Assembly (NCBI GenBank): GCA_902631295.1
Contig: CACOXV010000008.1
Coordinates: 9,189-73,188, forward strand
Source: Paracoccaceae bacterium
Lineage (GTDB): Bacteria; Pseudomonadota; Alphaproteobacteria; Rhodobacterales; Rhodobacteraceae
DNA length: 64,000 bases
Reading direction: 5' to 3'
This document shows, in pieces, positions 29,837-38,038 of this stretch (positions are counted from its first letter, which is position 1; each line of letters starts with the position of its first letter). The notes below the pieces were generated by a model. The model ran no database searches. It was not told the origin of the DNA and was given only the letters and a program-made list of their open reading frames with translations. The translations under genes were made by a program, and so were the position numbers.

Positions 29837-31111
29837 ATGATGTTTGATTTAATGATAAAGGGCGTCAGCCTCACAGATGGCAGAGAGGAGTTTGATGTTG
29901 CCTGCAAGGATGGGAAAATAGTTGAAATTGCTAAATCTATTTTAGGGGACTCAAAGGAAACTATTCATGCCGAAGGGTGTCTTTTGTCACCACCATTTAT
30001 TGATCCACACTTCCATATGGATGCAACTTTGTCATTAGGTACTCCAAGGCTCAATGTCTCAGGTACTTTGTTGGAAGGTATAAGTTTATGGGGTGAACTC
30101 AAGCCGCTGCAATCGATTGACGACATTATCTCTCGGGCTGTGAAATACTGCGATCTTGCAGTTGCCAAGGGTATAGGAGCTATACGTAGTCACGTAGATA
30201 CTTGTGATGACGAATTGAAAGGCGTTCAGGCTCTTTTAGAAGTTAGGGAAAAAGTTAAAGGGTATTTAGATCTGCAGTTGGTAGCGTTTCCTCAAGACGG
30301 TGTCTTTCGGGACCCAACAGCACTAGAAAATACCAAACGGGCTTTGGATATGGGTGTAGATGTGGTTGGAGGCATTCCCCATTTTGAAAGGACAATGTCT
30401 GAGGGCGCCCGAAGTGTTAAATTGCTTTGCGAAATTGCTGCAGAACGTGGGCTAATGGTTGATATGCATTGTGATGAAAGCGACGACCCAATGAGTCGAC
30501 ATGTGGAGACATTGGCTTTTGAAACGAAAAGGTTAGGTCTAGAGGGCCGTGTTGCAGGGTCACATTTAACTTCAATGCATTCTATGGATAATTATTATGT
30601 TTCTAAGTTGATACCCTTGATGGCTGAGTCACAAATAAACGTAATACCTAACCCCCTGATTAATATAATGCTTCAGGGTCGGCATGATACTTACCCAAAA
30701 AGACGAGGCCAAACTAGAGTTAGGGAGCTACGCGACGCAGGCCTTACAGTTGGTTTTGGATCAGATTGTGTAATGGATCCTTGGTACTCTCTTGGAAAAG
30801 CAGACATGCTAGATGTTGCTTTCATGGCATTGCATGTAGGTCAACTCTCCAGTCGCGAGGATATGGGGTGGTGTTTTGATGCAGTAACTAAAAATTCTGC
30901 CAAAATAATTGGTTTAGAAGAATACGGAATTGAAAAGGGAAAGCCGGCAAACTTTGTTTTATTACAGGCAAAAGACAAGATTGAGGCTATTAGATTGCGT
31001 GCTCACCGATTGTTGGTTGTCAGAGATGGTCTTATAATTTCAAGATCTGATCCAGTTAAATATACATTACATAAGCCAGAAGGCGATATAGATTTTAATG
31101 AGATAAATTAG
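29837..31111 (+). CDS. codA: Cytosine deaminase (amidohydrolase superfamily)
   Basis: DPHFHMD, DMHCDE, SHLTSMH, GSDCVMDPWY. Confidence 0.88.
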   Translation: MMFDLMIKGVSLTDGREEFDVACKDGKIVEIAKSILGDSKETIHAEGCLLSPPFIDPHFHMDATLSLGTPRLNVSGTLLEGISLWGELKPLQSIDDIISRAVKYCDLAVAKGIGAIRSHVDTCDDELKGVQALLEVREKVKGYLDLQLVAFPQDGVFRDPTALENTKRALDMGVDVVGGIPHFERTMSEGARSVKLLCEIAAERGLMVDMHCDESDDPMSRHVETLAFETKRLGLEGRVAGSHLTSMHSMDNYYVSKLIPLMAESQINVIPNPLINIMLQGRHDTYPKRRGQTRVRELRDAGLTVGFGSDCVMDPWYSLGKADMLDVAFMALHVGQLSSREDMGWCFDAVTKNSAKIIGLEEYGIEKGKPANFVLLQAKDKIEAIRLRAHRLLVVRDGLIISRSDPVKYTLHKPEGDIDFNEIN

Positions 31112-31147
31112 TAGATCTTCAGGCATTAAACGAATGAAGAGGAATTA

Positions 31148-32389
31148 ATGGTAAAGCCAGTTATTGTTATCGGAGCTGGTATCTGCGGTATTTCTACGGC
31201 GATTTGGTTGCAACGCTCAAATTTTGAAGTTGTGTTATTGGATAAAGCCGAGCCTGGAATGGGGGCATCATACGGTAATGCTGGGCTCTTAGCCCAATGG
31301 GCAATTGTTCCGGTCAATGAACCATCGCTTTGGAAACAAATACCACGTTATCTAATTGATCCAATGAGCCCACTATTTCTAAAGTGGAGTTACTTACCTA
31401 AGCTAACTCCATGGTTGATAAAGTTTTTACAAAACGCAAACCGTTCAGATTCAAACAGAACCATTGAAGCTTTAATTCCACTTCTGACGGACTCCGTTGA
31501 ACAGCATAAAAGTCTTACTGAAGGCACGGCTGCAGCTAATTGGATAGCGGACAGTAAGTTTAGCTATGCTTATAGATCTTTAGAAGACTTTCACAAAGAC
31601 TCTTTTGGTTGGGAATGTAAGAAAAAAGTTGGAATGGTTCCTGAGATATTTACAGGAAATTTGGTCCAAGATGTTGAGCCAATATGTGGTTCATTTATTG
31701 ATTGCTTAGCAGTAATTAGTGGGCAGGGGCACATTGTTAACCCGCAGGGTTATATTCGCGAACTCATGAAAGTATTTTCTCAAAATGGAGGAAAATTTAT
31801 TAATGCCAAGGTAGAAGATTTTGGGTTTCAGAATAAAAAAATTTCTAGTGTGCACACTGACAATGGTAACTTTGAATGTGATAAAGCGATTATAACAGCC
31901 GGTATTTGGTCAAAGGAGCTAATGCTAAAGCTAGGCCTTAATATTCCGCTAGAGGCTGAAAGAGGATATCACGTAGTATATAAAAACGCGTCGATATTGC
32001 CTCGAAACCCGATGATGATGACAATAGGTAAATTTGGAGTGACGCCTATGGGAAGCGACCTTAGATGTGCCGGTACAGTTGAACTAGGTGGCATAAAACT
32101 TGGTCCAAGTAAGGCTCCAATTAAGTTACTTAGGCGACGAGTGGCTGAAGCTTTTCCAAAAATGTGTTATGATAAGACTGAGGAATGGTTTGGATTTAGA
32201 CCAACTGCCCCGGATAGCCTTCCACTAATTGGGCAGCTCAAGGAGAGTGGTGTTTATGCAGCATTTGGACACCAACACATTGGAATGACATCTGGACCAA
32301 AAACTGGAAGGTTAATAGCAGATATAATTAACCAAAGATCTCCAAACATTGACATCTCAGTTTATGATCCAAATCGATATAATTTATAG
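31148..32389 (+). CDS. DadA/DAO-family FAD-dependent D-amino/imino acid dehydrogenase
   Basis: IGAGICG, ASYGNAG, AERGYH, GFRP..PDSLPLIG, FGHQHIG. Confidence 0.9.
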   Translation: MVKPVIVIGAGICGISTAIWLQRSNFEVVLLDKAEPGMGASYGNAGLLAQWAIVPVNEPSLWKQIPRYLIDPMSPLFLKWSYLPKLTPWLIKFLQNANRSDSNRTIEALIPLLTDSVEQHKSLTEGTAAANWIADSKFSYAYRSLEDFHKDSFGWECKKKVGMVPEIFTGNLVQDVEPICGSFIDCLAVISGQGHIVNPQGYIRELMKVFSQNGGKFINAKVEDFGFQNKKISSVHTDNGNFECDKAIITAGIWSKELMLKLGLNIPLEAERGYHVVYKNASILPRNPMMMTIGKFGVTPMGSDLRCAGTVELGGIKLGPSKAPIKLLRRRVAEAFPKMCYDKTEEWFGFRPTAPDSLPLIGQLKESGVYAAFGHQHIGMTSGPKTGRLIADIINQRSPNIDISVYDPNRYNL

Positions 32390-32532
32390 GAGTATAGTAA
32401 GGGCGGCATGTCGCTGCATAGCTCAGATCAGTCCCATGCCATGCAAACGAATGGATAACCCTTACTGGCGTATGTACTTGGACAAATGAATTTGATGTTT
32501 TGCCTAAGTTATCCCATTATGACGCCAAGTGA
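32390..32532 (+). pseudogene. Eroded 3' remnant of a DddQ-like (DMSP lyase family) cupin
   Basis: SLHSSDQSHAMQTNG*PLLAYV then, after a 1-nt shift, WTNEFDVLPKL; resembles cupin motif 2 and the C-terminus of DddQ-type proteins as recalled. Confidence 0.45.
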
Positions 32533-32558
32533 CCCTTGATGTAGAAAGTAAAATTTTT

Positions 32559-33392
32559 ATGAAAAAACCTTGCATTTTATGTGTTGCAATCACTGGGTCA
32601 CTCCCAACAAAGGCTGATAATCCTGCAGTACCAATTAGTTTGCAAGAGCAAATAGAAAGTACGCAAAGTGCATTTGAGGCGGGTGCAACAATCGCGCATT
32701 GTCATGTTCGCAATCAGGATCAGACGCCATCATCTGACCCCGAAAAATTTTCTGCATTGTTGGAGGGCTTAAAAGAACACTGTCCTGGTATGGTGATTCA
32801 ATTTTCTACCGGCGGCCGCTCGGGCGCTGGAACTGAGAGGGGTCGAATGCTTCCTCTGGCTCCTGATATGGCGTCATTATCTGTTGGATCCAATAATTTC
32901 CCCACACGTGTTTACGAAAACCCACCTGACTTGGTAAAATGGTTAGCATCAGAAATGAAGAGATACAGGGTTACTCCAGAAGTAGAGGCGTTTGATTTAA
33001 GCCATATTTTGACCGCTATCAGAATGCATGGTCGAAATGAATTATACGGAAAGTTGTATGTTCAGTTTGTTATGGGAGTTAAAAATGCTATGCCTGCTGA
33101 TAAAGAAGTTTTCGATCTATATGTAAAAATTATGAACGAAAGAGCACCCAAAGCGGAGTGGTGTGCAGCAGGGATCGGTGCTAATCAAATTATCGTAAAT
33201 GAATGGGCAATTGCGGCTGGAGGCCATACAAGGTCGGGACTTGAGGATAATGTTAGACTTGATAAAAACACACTAGCACCTTCTAATGCGGCATTAATCC
33301 AAAGAGCATCAGAAATATGTGAAAAATATGAGCGCCCTGTTGCGACATGGCGTCAGACGCGCGAAATGCTAAATCTCCAAATAGAAATTTAG
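32559..33392 (+). CDS. Beta-keto acid cleavage enzyme (BKACE/DUF849, Kce family)
   Basis: AITGS, HCHVR Zn ligands, STGG, GGHTRSGLED. Confidence 0.92.
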   Translation: MKKPCILCVAITGSLPTKADNPAVPISLQEQIESTQSAFEAGATIAHCHVRNQDQTPSSDPEKFSALLEGLKEHCPGMVIQFSTGGRSGAGTERGRMLPLAPDMASLSVGSNNFPTRVYENPPDLVKWLASEMKRYRVTPEVEAFDLSHILTAIRMHGRNELYGKLYVQFVMGVKNAMPADKEVFDLYVKIMNERAPKAEWCAAGIGANQIIVNEWAIAAGGHTRSGLEDNVRLDKNTLAPSNAALIQRASEICEKYERPVATWRQTREMLNLQIEI

Positions 33393-33400
33393 GTTTTCAG

Positions 33401-34333
33401 TTGAAGCCACCTATCACAAAACTTCTTACGTCAAAAAGTTTTCTCAATTTACCTGTCCTTTTAGATTGGTCAAATCTGAAGCACCAAGCCGTAGTTTTTG
33501 GGGCACCCTTCGGTAAACCTTACAGTACTGGTGAGTTTCCAAATAATCAGTCAACCGCTCCGGATAGACTTCGTGACGCATCATCACGAATTCTTGTTGA
33601 TCCACATTCTGTAGATCTTGACCTTTCATCAGGCAGTACTCTTGCATCAATATCAGTTGCTGATGGAGGAAATATTCCCCTTAGAGATAACGATATTGAT
33701 CGGCATTACTCTGACATAGAAGGTGCAGTGCGCTACTTAGTAGGCAGAGGCGTTTTGCCTGTTTCAATAGGAGGCGACGATGGAATAACTAATCCGGTAT
33801 TACGAGGCTTGGACCCACTAAATGACGTAACGGTCATTCAAATTGATGCACATATGGATTGGAAAACTGAGCGATTTGGTGAAAGAGACGGATACTCGAG
33901 CCCCATGCGAAGAGCTTCAGAAATGGCTCATATTTCTGGAATACATCAAGTTGGTATACGTTCTTATGGAAGTGCTACAGCGCAGGATTTTAAAGATGCA
34001 AAAGATTGGGGAGCACAGATTTATCTTGCTAAGGATATCCATGAAAAAGGAATAGAATTTTTTTTGAATAAGTTACCTGAGGTAGGCAAGTTCTTTATAA
34101 CTCTTGATGTGGATGGGTTAGATCCATCAATAGTGCCTGGAACCATAGCACTATCGCCTGGTGGCCTTAATTGGATGCAAATTTCTGCATGTTTTGATGG
34201 AATATCAAAAAAAGGACAGATTATTGGTCTGAACGTTGTAGAGTTAGCGCCCAAGAACGATATTAATCAAATTTCGATGATTGTGGTCGGTAGGTTGATT
34301 CTAAAATGTCTCATGCTCGAACTAAATAAATAG
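33401..34333 (+). CDS. Ureohydrolase (agmatinase/guanidinobutyrase family), variant metal site
   Basis: GGDDG, DAHMD, TLDVDGLDP, VELAP; start uncertain (TTG 33401 or ATG 33347). Confidence 0.85.
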   Translation: MKPPITKLLTSKSFLNLPVLLDWSNLKHQAVVFGAPFGKPYSTGEFPNNQSTAPDRLRDASSRILVDPHSVDLDLSSGSTLASISVADGGNIPLRDNDIDRHYSDIEGAVRYLVGRGVLPVSIGGDDGITNPVLRGLDPLNDVTVIQIDAHMDWKTERFGERDGYSSPMRRASEMAHISGIHQVGIRSYGSATAQDFKDAKDWGAQIYLAKDIHEKGIEFFLNKLPEVGKFFITLDVDGLDPSIVPGTIALSPGGLNWMQISACFDGISKKGQIIGLNVVELAPKNDINQISMIVVGRLILKCLMLELNK

Positions 34334-34340
34334 CTATATA

Positions 34341-35216
34341 ATGACGGAAGTTTCAGTAATAATCCCAACATATAATAGAGCAGATTTTATCTCAGACTGT
34401 GTTCAATCAGTTTTGGCTCAAACGTTACCTGCGCGTGAGTTAATTATAGTCGATGATGGGTCCACAGATACAACTTATAAAATTTTAAGTGATTTAGGAT
34501 TTAATTCTATAAGTACGCCTAAGACTGTTTTACGATATGTTTTTCAAGAAAACCGAGGGGTCAGCTCTGCAAGAAATTTAGGGATTAAGGAGGCAAGAAG
34601 TGAGTATATTGCTCTGTTAGATTCTGATGATCTTTGGTTAAAAGGAAAGCTAGATCGGCAGGCAATTGCGTTTAAAGATGATATACGAAACAGTCGGCTG
34701 TGTCACACTGACGAAATATGGATACGCAATGGGGTTCGTGTAAACCAACACAAAAAACATAAGAAACATGGAGGCAATGTTTTCCAAAGCTGTCTCAAAT
34801 TATGTTGTATATCTCCAAGTTCATCAATGATGCATAGATCAGTTTTCGAGGACTTTGGTTTTTTTGATGAGGAACTACCAGCATGTGAGGATTATGACTT
34901 CTGGTTGCGGTATAGTTCAAAAGAGGAAGTAATTTTTATTGATGAGCCATTAATCATCAAAAAGGGAGGTCACAGTGATCAACTTTCAGGTGTGCATTGG
35001 GGAATGGACAGATTTCGCATATATGCTCTTGAAAAGATGTTAAATAAGCCTGATCTCAAATTGGATTACAGAATTGCGGCGATACGTGAAGTTATAATAA
35101 AAATGGATATTTTAATAAATGGATCTCAAAAGCGTAAAAAAATGGCTTACGCAAAGACTTTGCTTCAAAGGAAGCAATATTGGGAAGATTCATTAAGGCG
35201 CTGTTTTAATGATTGA
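34341..35216 (+). CDS. GT2 family glycosyltransferase
   Basis: VIIPTYNR, VDDGSTD, GVSSARNLG, LDSDD (DxD), EDYDFWLR; no TM segment. Confidence 0.92.
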   Translation: MTEVSVIIPTYNRADFISDCVQSVLAQTLPARELIIVDDGSTDTTYKILSDLGFNSISTPKTVLRYVFQENRGVSSARNLGIKEARSEYIALLDSDDLWLKGKLDRQAIAFKDDIRNSRLCHTDEIWIRNGVRVNQHKKHKKHGGNVFQSCLKLCCISPSSSMMHRSVFEDFGFFDEELPACEDYDFWLRYSSKEEVIFIDEPLIIKKGGHSDQLSGVHWGMDRFRIYALEKMLNKPDLKLDYRIAAIREVIIKMDILINGSQKRKKMAYAKTLLQRKQYWEDSLRRCFND

Positions 35217-36069
35217 ACTGCCCGATATTCGAGACGTTGATCTAAAAATCTGCTGGGTGATAGCGTTAGAACCTGAAGCAAAACCACTTATTGATTTATT
35301 TGATCTACATCCACTTTCGAATAATTTAAACTTTCCTGTGTACATAAATCCAAAGAGTGGGCATGCTCTTGTGATATCTGGAATTGGGTCAAGTAAAGCC
35401 GCCGCGGCCGCTACCTATTTAAAAATGTTGTTTAATGTTCAGAGGTATGTTGCGTGGATCAACATCGGAATTGCTGGGTTTTGTGAAGAACCAATTGGGC
35501 AATTATTTCAAGCGATAAAGGTTCATGATACAGCAAGAAAAACGTCATATTTTCCAGGTTTTCGATTATCAAAAATAGTCAAATGCCAAACACTGCATAC
35601 TGTTGCCCAGCCAGAAACAAAATATTCAGAAGCTGTACTTTTTGATATGGAAGCATCAGGTTTTTGTGAGATCGCCTCTATGTTTTCCTGTAATGAATTG
35701 GTATTCGTTTTAAAGATCGTATCTGATACACCAAAAAGTCCTGTGAGTTTGGTTTCAAGAGAAGCAATTACTCAATTGATATATCAAAATAAAAATAAAC
35801 TTCGTGGAATAATTAGTCGCATAGAAAAATTAGTGAATGATGAGAAAAAAAGACTGCACGTACCAGAGGAGGTTTATCAATATTTTGAAAGGTATCATTT
35901 TACTCAGAGTAATAGATATAGATTTTTGCAAGCATATAAAAAATGGAAGTCTGCATTTCCCGATGGAAAATTAGCACGTACTCTAGCCGCGGGAAACTCC
36001 GCTTCAGAATTAATCTCTAATCTCGAGAGTGAGCTTTTCTTAGCAGTAAAAGACTGGAAGCTAAAATGA
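35209..36069 (+). CDS. Nucleoside phosphorylase/nucleosidase-fold protein (MTAN/MqnB/HpnG-like)
   Basis: ALEPEA, SGIG..KAAAA, NIGIAG, DMEASG, KIVSD motifs. Confidence 0.78.
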   Translation: MIELPDIRDVDLKICWVIALEPEAKPLIDLFDLHPLSNNLNFPVYINPKSGHALVISGIGSSKAAAAATYLKMLFNVQRYVAWINIGIAGFCEEPIGQLFQAIKVHDTARKTSYFPGFRLSKIVKCQTLHTVAQPETKYSEAVLFDMEASGFCEIASMFSCNELVFVLKIVSDTPKSPVSLVSREAITQLIYQNKNKLRGIISRIEKLVNDEKKRLHVPEEVYQYFERYHFTQSNRYRFLQAYKKWKSAFPDGKLARTLAAGNSASELISNLESELFLAVKDWKLK

Positions 36070-37058
36070 TCGACAGTATTTTTGTGGAGCGTGAAGTCCT
36101 AGATCATCCAGTGGCACAAGAAATTTGTAAACGCCTGAAGCACGCCGATATTTTTGAGATTGAACGATATCAAGAAATGTTTAATCGGAGAAAACAGAAC
36201 TTCCGTATTCAAAAACAAAACCCTGCTTTAATTTTAGCAAAAAAACACGATAATTTTGTTTTACCGGCACCATCAGGTTTTGGTATTGATGCACAAAAAA
36301 ATTATTATTTTTCTCATATGTATAACTGTATCTATGATTGCCGATACTGTTTTCTACAAGGTATGTACTCTTCTGCAAACTACGTTTTATTTGTAAATTA
36401 CGAGGATTTTTTTAAAGCAATTTCGGATACAATTTTTGAAAATAATAATAAAAGTATGACTTTTTTTTCCGGTTATGATTGTGACTCCTTAGCATTTGAA
36501 AAAATAACAGGCTTTGCAGAAAAAGCGTTAGAATTTTTTACTAATTTCAGTTCGGTTGAACTTGAACTTAGAACTAAGAGTATAGTTTCTGACACTCTTT
36601 TAAACAGAAGTCCTATTTCTAATTGTGTCGTAGCTTATAGTTTGGCTCCCAGTAATGTCGCAGCCATTTTGGATAATAAGGCCCCCAGTATAGATAGACG
36701 AATTAATGTTTTGCAAAAACTAGCCAAAAATGGTTGGTCCGTTGGTCTCAGGTTTGACCCTCTGATTTACTGCTCTGGCTGGGAAAAACTTTATTCAGAA
36801 CTGATTCACAAAATATTCAATGATATAAACATTGAGCAAGTTCACTCTGTAAGTCACGGTCCCCTCAGATATCCTAAAGAAATGTATAAAAAAATTACAT
36901 CTCTATATCCAGATGATAAACTTTTTTCATTTCCAATGGAGGCTAAGGATGGAATTGTATCATATGGCAAAGAAATAGAGGAAGAAATGTCTTCATTTCT
37001 GCAATTTGAATTAGAAAAGTATACAACAAGAAATAAAATTTTTCGTTGTTTGGTTTGA
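36066..37058 (+). CDS. Spore-photoproduct-lyase-like radical SAM protein
   Basis: C88-x3-C92-x2-C95 (NCIYDCRYCFLQ), ELRTKS, GLRFDP; SPL-like length and layout. Confidence 0.88.
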   Translation: MIDSIFVEREVLDHPVAQEICKRLKHADIFEIERYQEMFNRRKQNFRIQKQNPALILAKKHDNFVLPAPSGFGIDAQKNYYFSHMYNCIYDCRYCFLQGMYSSANYVLFVNYEDFFKAISDTIFENNNKSMTFFSGYDCDSLAFEKITGFAEKALEFFTNFSSVELELRTKSIVSDTLLNRSPISNCVVAYSLAPSNVAAILDNKAPSIDRRINVLQKLAKNGWSVGLRFDPLIYCSGWEKLYSELIHKIFNDINIEQVHSVSHGPLRYPKEMYKKITSLYPDDKLFSFPMEAKDGIVSYGKEIEEEMSSFLQFELEKYTTRNKIFRCLV

Positions 37059-37076
37059 GGCTGGAGCTTGTAAAAT

Positions 37077-37781
37077 TTGGAAAAAAGAAAAGCGATCGTT
37101 ACCGGTAGTTCGAGCGGTATTGGAAAAGAAATTACTTCACTACTATTAAAAAGTGGGACTGATGTAATAGGTCTTGCACGCGATCACAAAAAATTTAAGC
37201 CAGATTTTGATGGTTATTTTCCTATTTCAGTTGATTTGTCGGATTTTGAAAAAACTGAGCGCATTATTCCGCAGGTTTTGCATCAACACTCTGAAGTTGA
37301 CGTGTTAATTTGTAATGCTGGTTGTGGTGATTTTCGAACCTTGGAGAATTTTTCTGCTAAGCAAATATCTGATTTTTTAAATTTAAATTTAATATCACAT
37401 ATAATGCTTTGCAGACACTTAGTGAGTTTTATGAAGGCTAAGGGTAGTGGTGACATTATTATCATGGGTTCAGAGGCTTCTATAGTTGGAAAGAAAAAGG
37501 CATCACTTTATTCAGCCGCAAAGTTTGGTTTGAGAGGTTTTGCTCAATCAATTCGTGATGAATGCGGCAACTCTGGCGTGAGGGTTTGTTTAATAAATCC
37601 GGGTTTTGTAAGAACCCCATTTTTTGACAGCTTGAATTTTGAGCCCGGCAAGGATGAAAATAATGCAATTGAACCAGGTGATATTGCTAAAATAGTATGT
37701 GATATTATCGAAACTAGAAAGGGTACACTCATTGATGAAATCAATGTATCACCAGCATCTAAGACGATAATATTCAAATAA
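37077..37781 (+). CDS. Classical SDR oxidoreductase (probably NADP-dependent)
   Basis: TGSSSGIG, LARD, CNAG, YSAAK, NPGFVRT; GGAG RBS, TTG start. Confidence 0.92.
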   Translation: MEKRKAIVTGSSSGIGKEITSLLLKSGTDVIGLARDHKKFKPDFDGYFPISVDLSDFEKTERIIPQVLHQHSEVDVLICNAGCGDFRTLENFSAKQISDFLNLNLISHIMLCRHLVSFMKAKGSGDIIIMGSEASIVGKKKASLYSAAKFGLRGFAQSIRDECGNSGVRVCLINPGFVRTPFFDSLNFEPGKDENNAIEPGDIAKIVCDIIETRKGTLIDEINVSPASKTIIFK

Positions 37782-37909
37782 AGTATCTTAAGAGTTATAA
37801 ATATATGCCAGCTATAAAATAATGCAAAACGGGTATGCAAAAATAGCATTGGTAAAACTTGCCGCAACGCAGCATATTATATTACAGAAAAACGTGATGC
37901 GTTTTTTAA

Positions 37910-38023
37910 AGTTTTTCACACGTTCCTCCCAATTTCGTTTGAAAGACTAAAGGATAGTGACCTACCTCCTCCCTAGGTCAATCTTTTCGATAAAGGCCCT
38001 TTTAAGAGGGCCTTTATCATTTT
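37910..38023 (+). ncRNA. Candidate anti-Shine-Dalgarno small RNA (AbcR/MmgR-SuhB/cuckoo-like): two CU-rich loop hairpins plus terminator
   Basis: Hairpin 1 AGTTTTTCA..TGAAAGACT with loop TTCCTCCCAATTT; hairpin 2 TGACCTA-CCTCCTCCC-TAGGTCA extended by AAAGGAT/ATCTTTT; terminator follows; 5' end approximate. Confidence 0.7.
37989..38023. terminator. Intrinsic terminator shared by the sRNA (+) and the aruI-like gene (-)
   Basis: GATAAAGGCCCT-TTTAAG-AGGGCCTTTATC perfect 12-bp stem, followed by ATTTT. Confidence 0.8.
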
Positions 38024-38038
38024 GGAGGCGTCGTTAGT

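Noticed and set aside
32397-32528. Structured RNA/riboswitch (GTAAGGG/CCCTTAC, GGCATG/CATGCC, TGGCGT/ACGCCA pairings)
   Set aside because: Short stems, no recognisable aptamer; the cupin remnant explains the region better.
36066-37058. Bona fide spore photoproduct lyase splB
   Set aside because: Non-sporulating context, Tyr99-equivalent is Phe, no splA; family-level call only.
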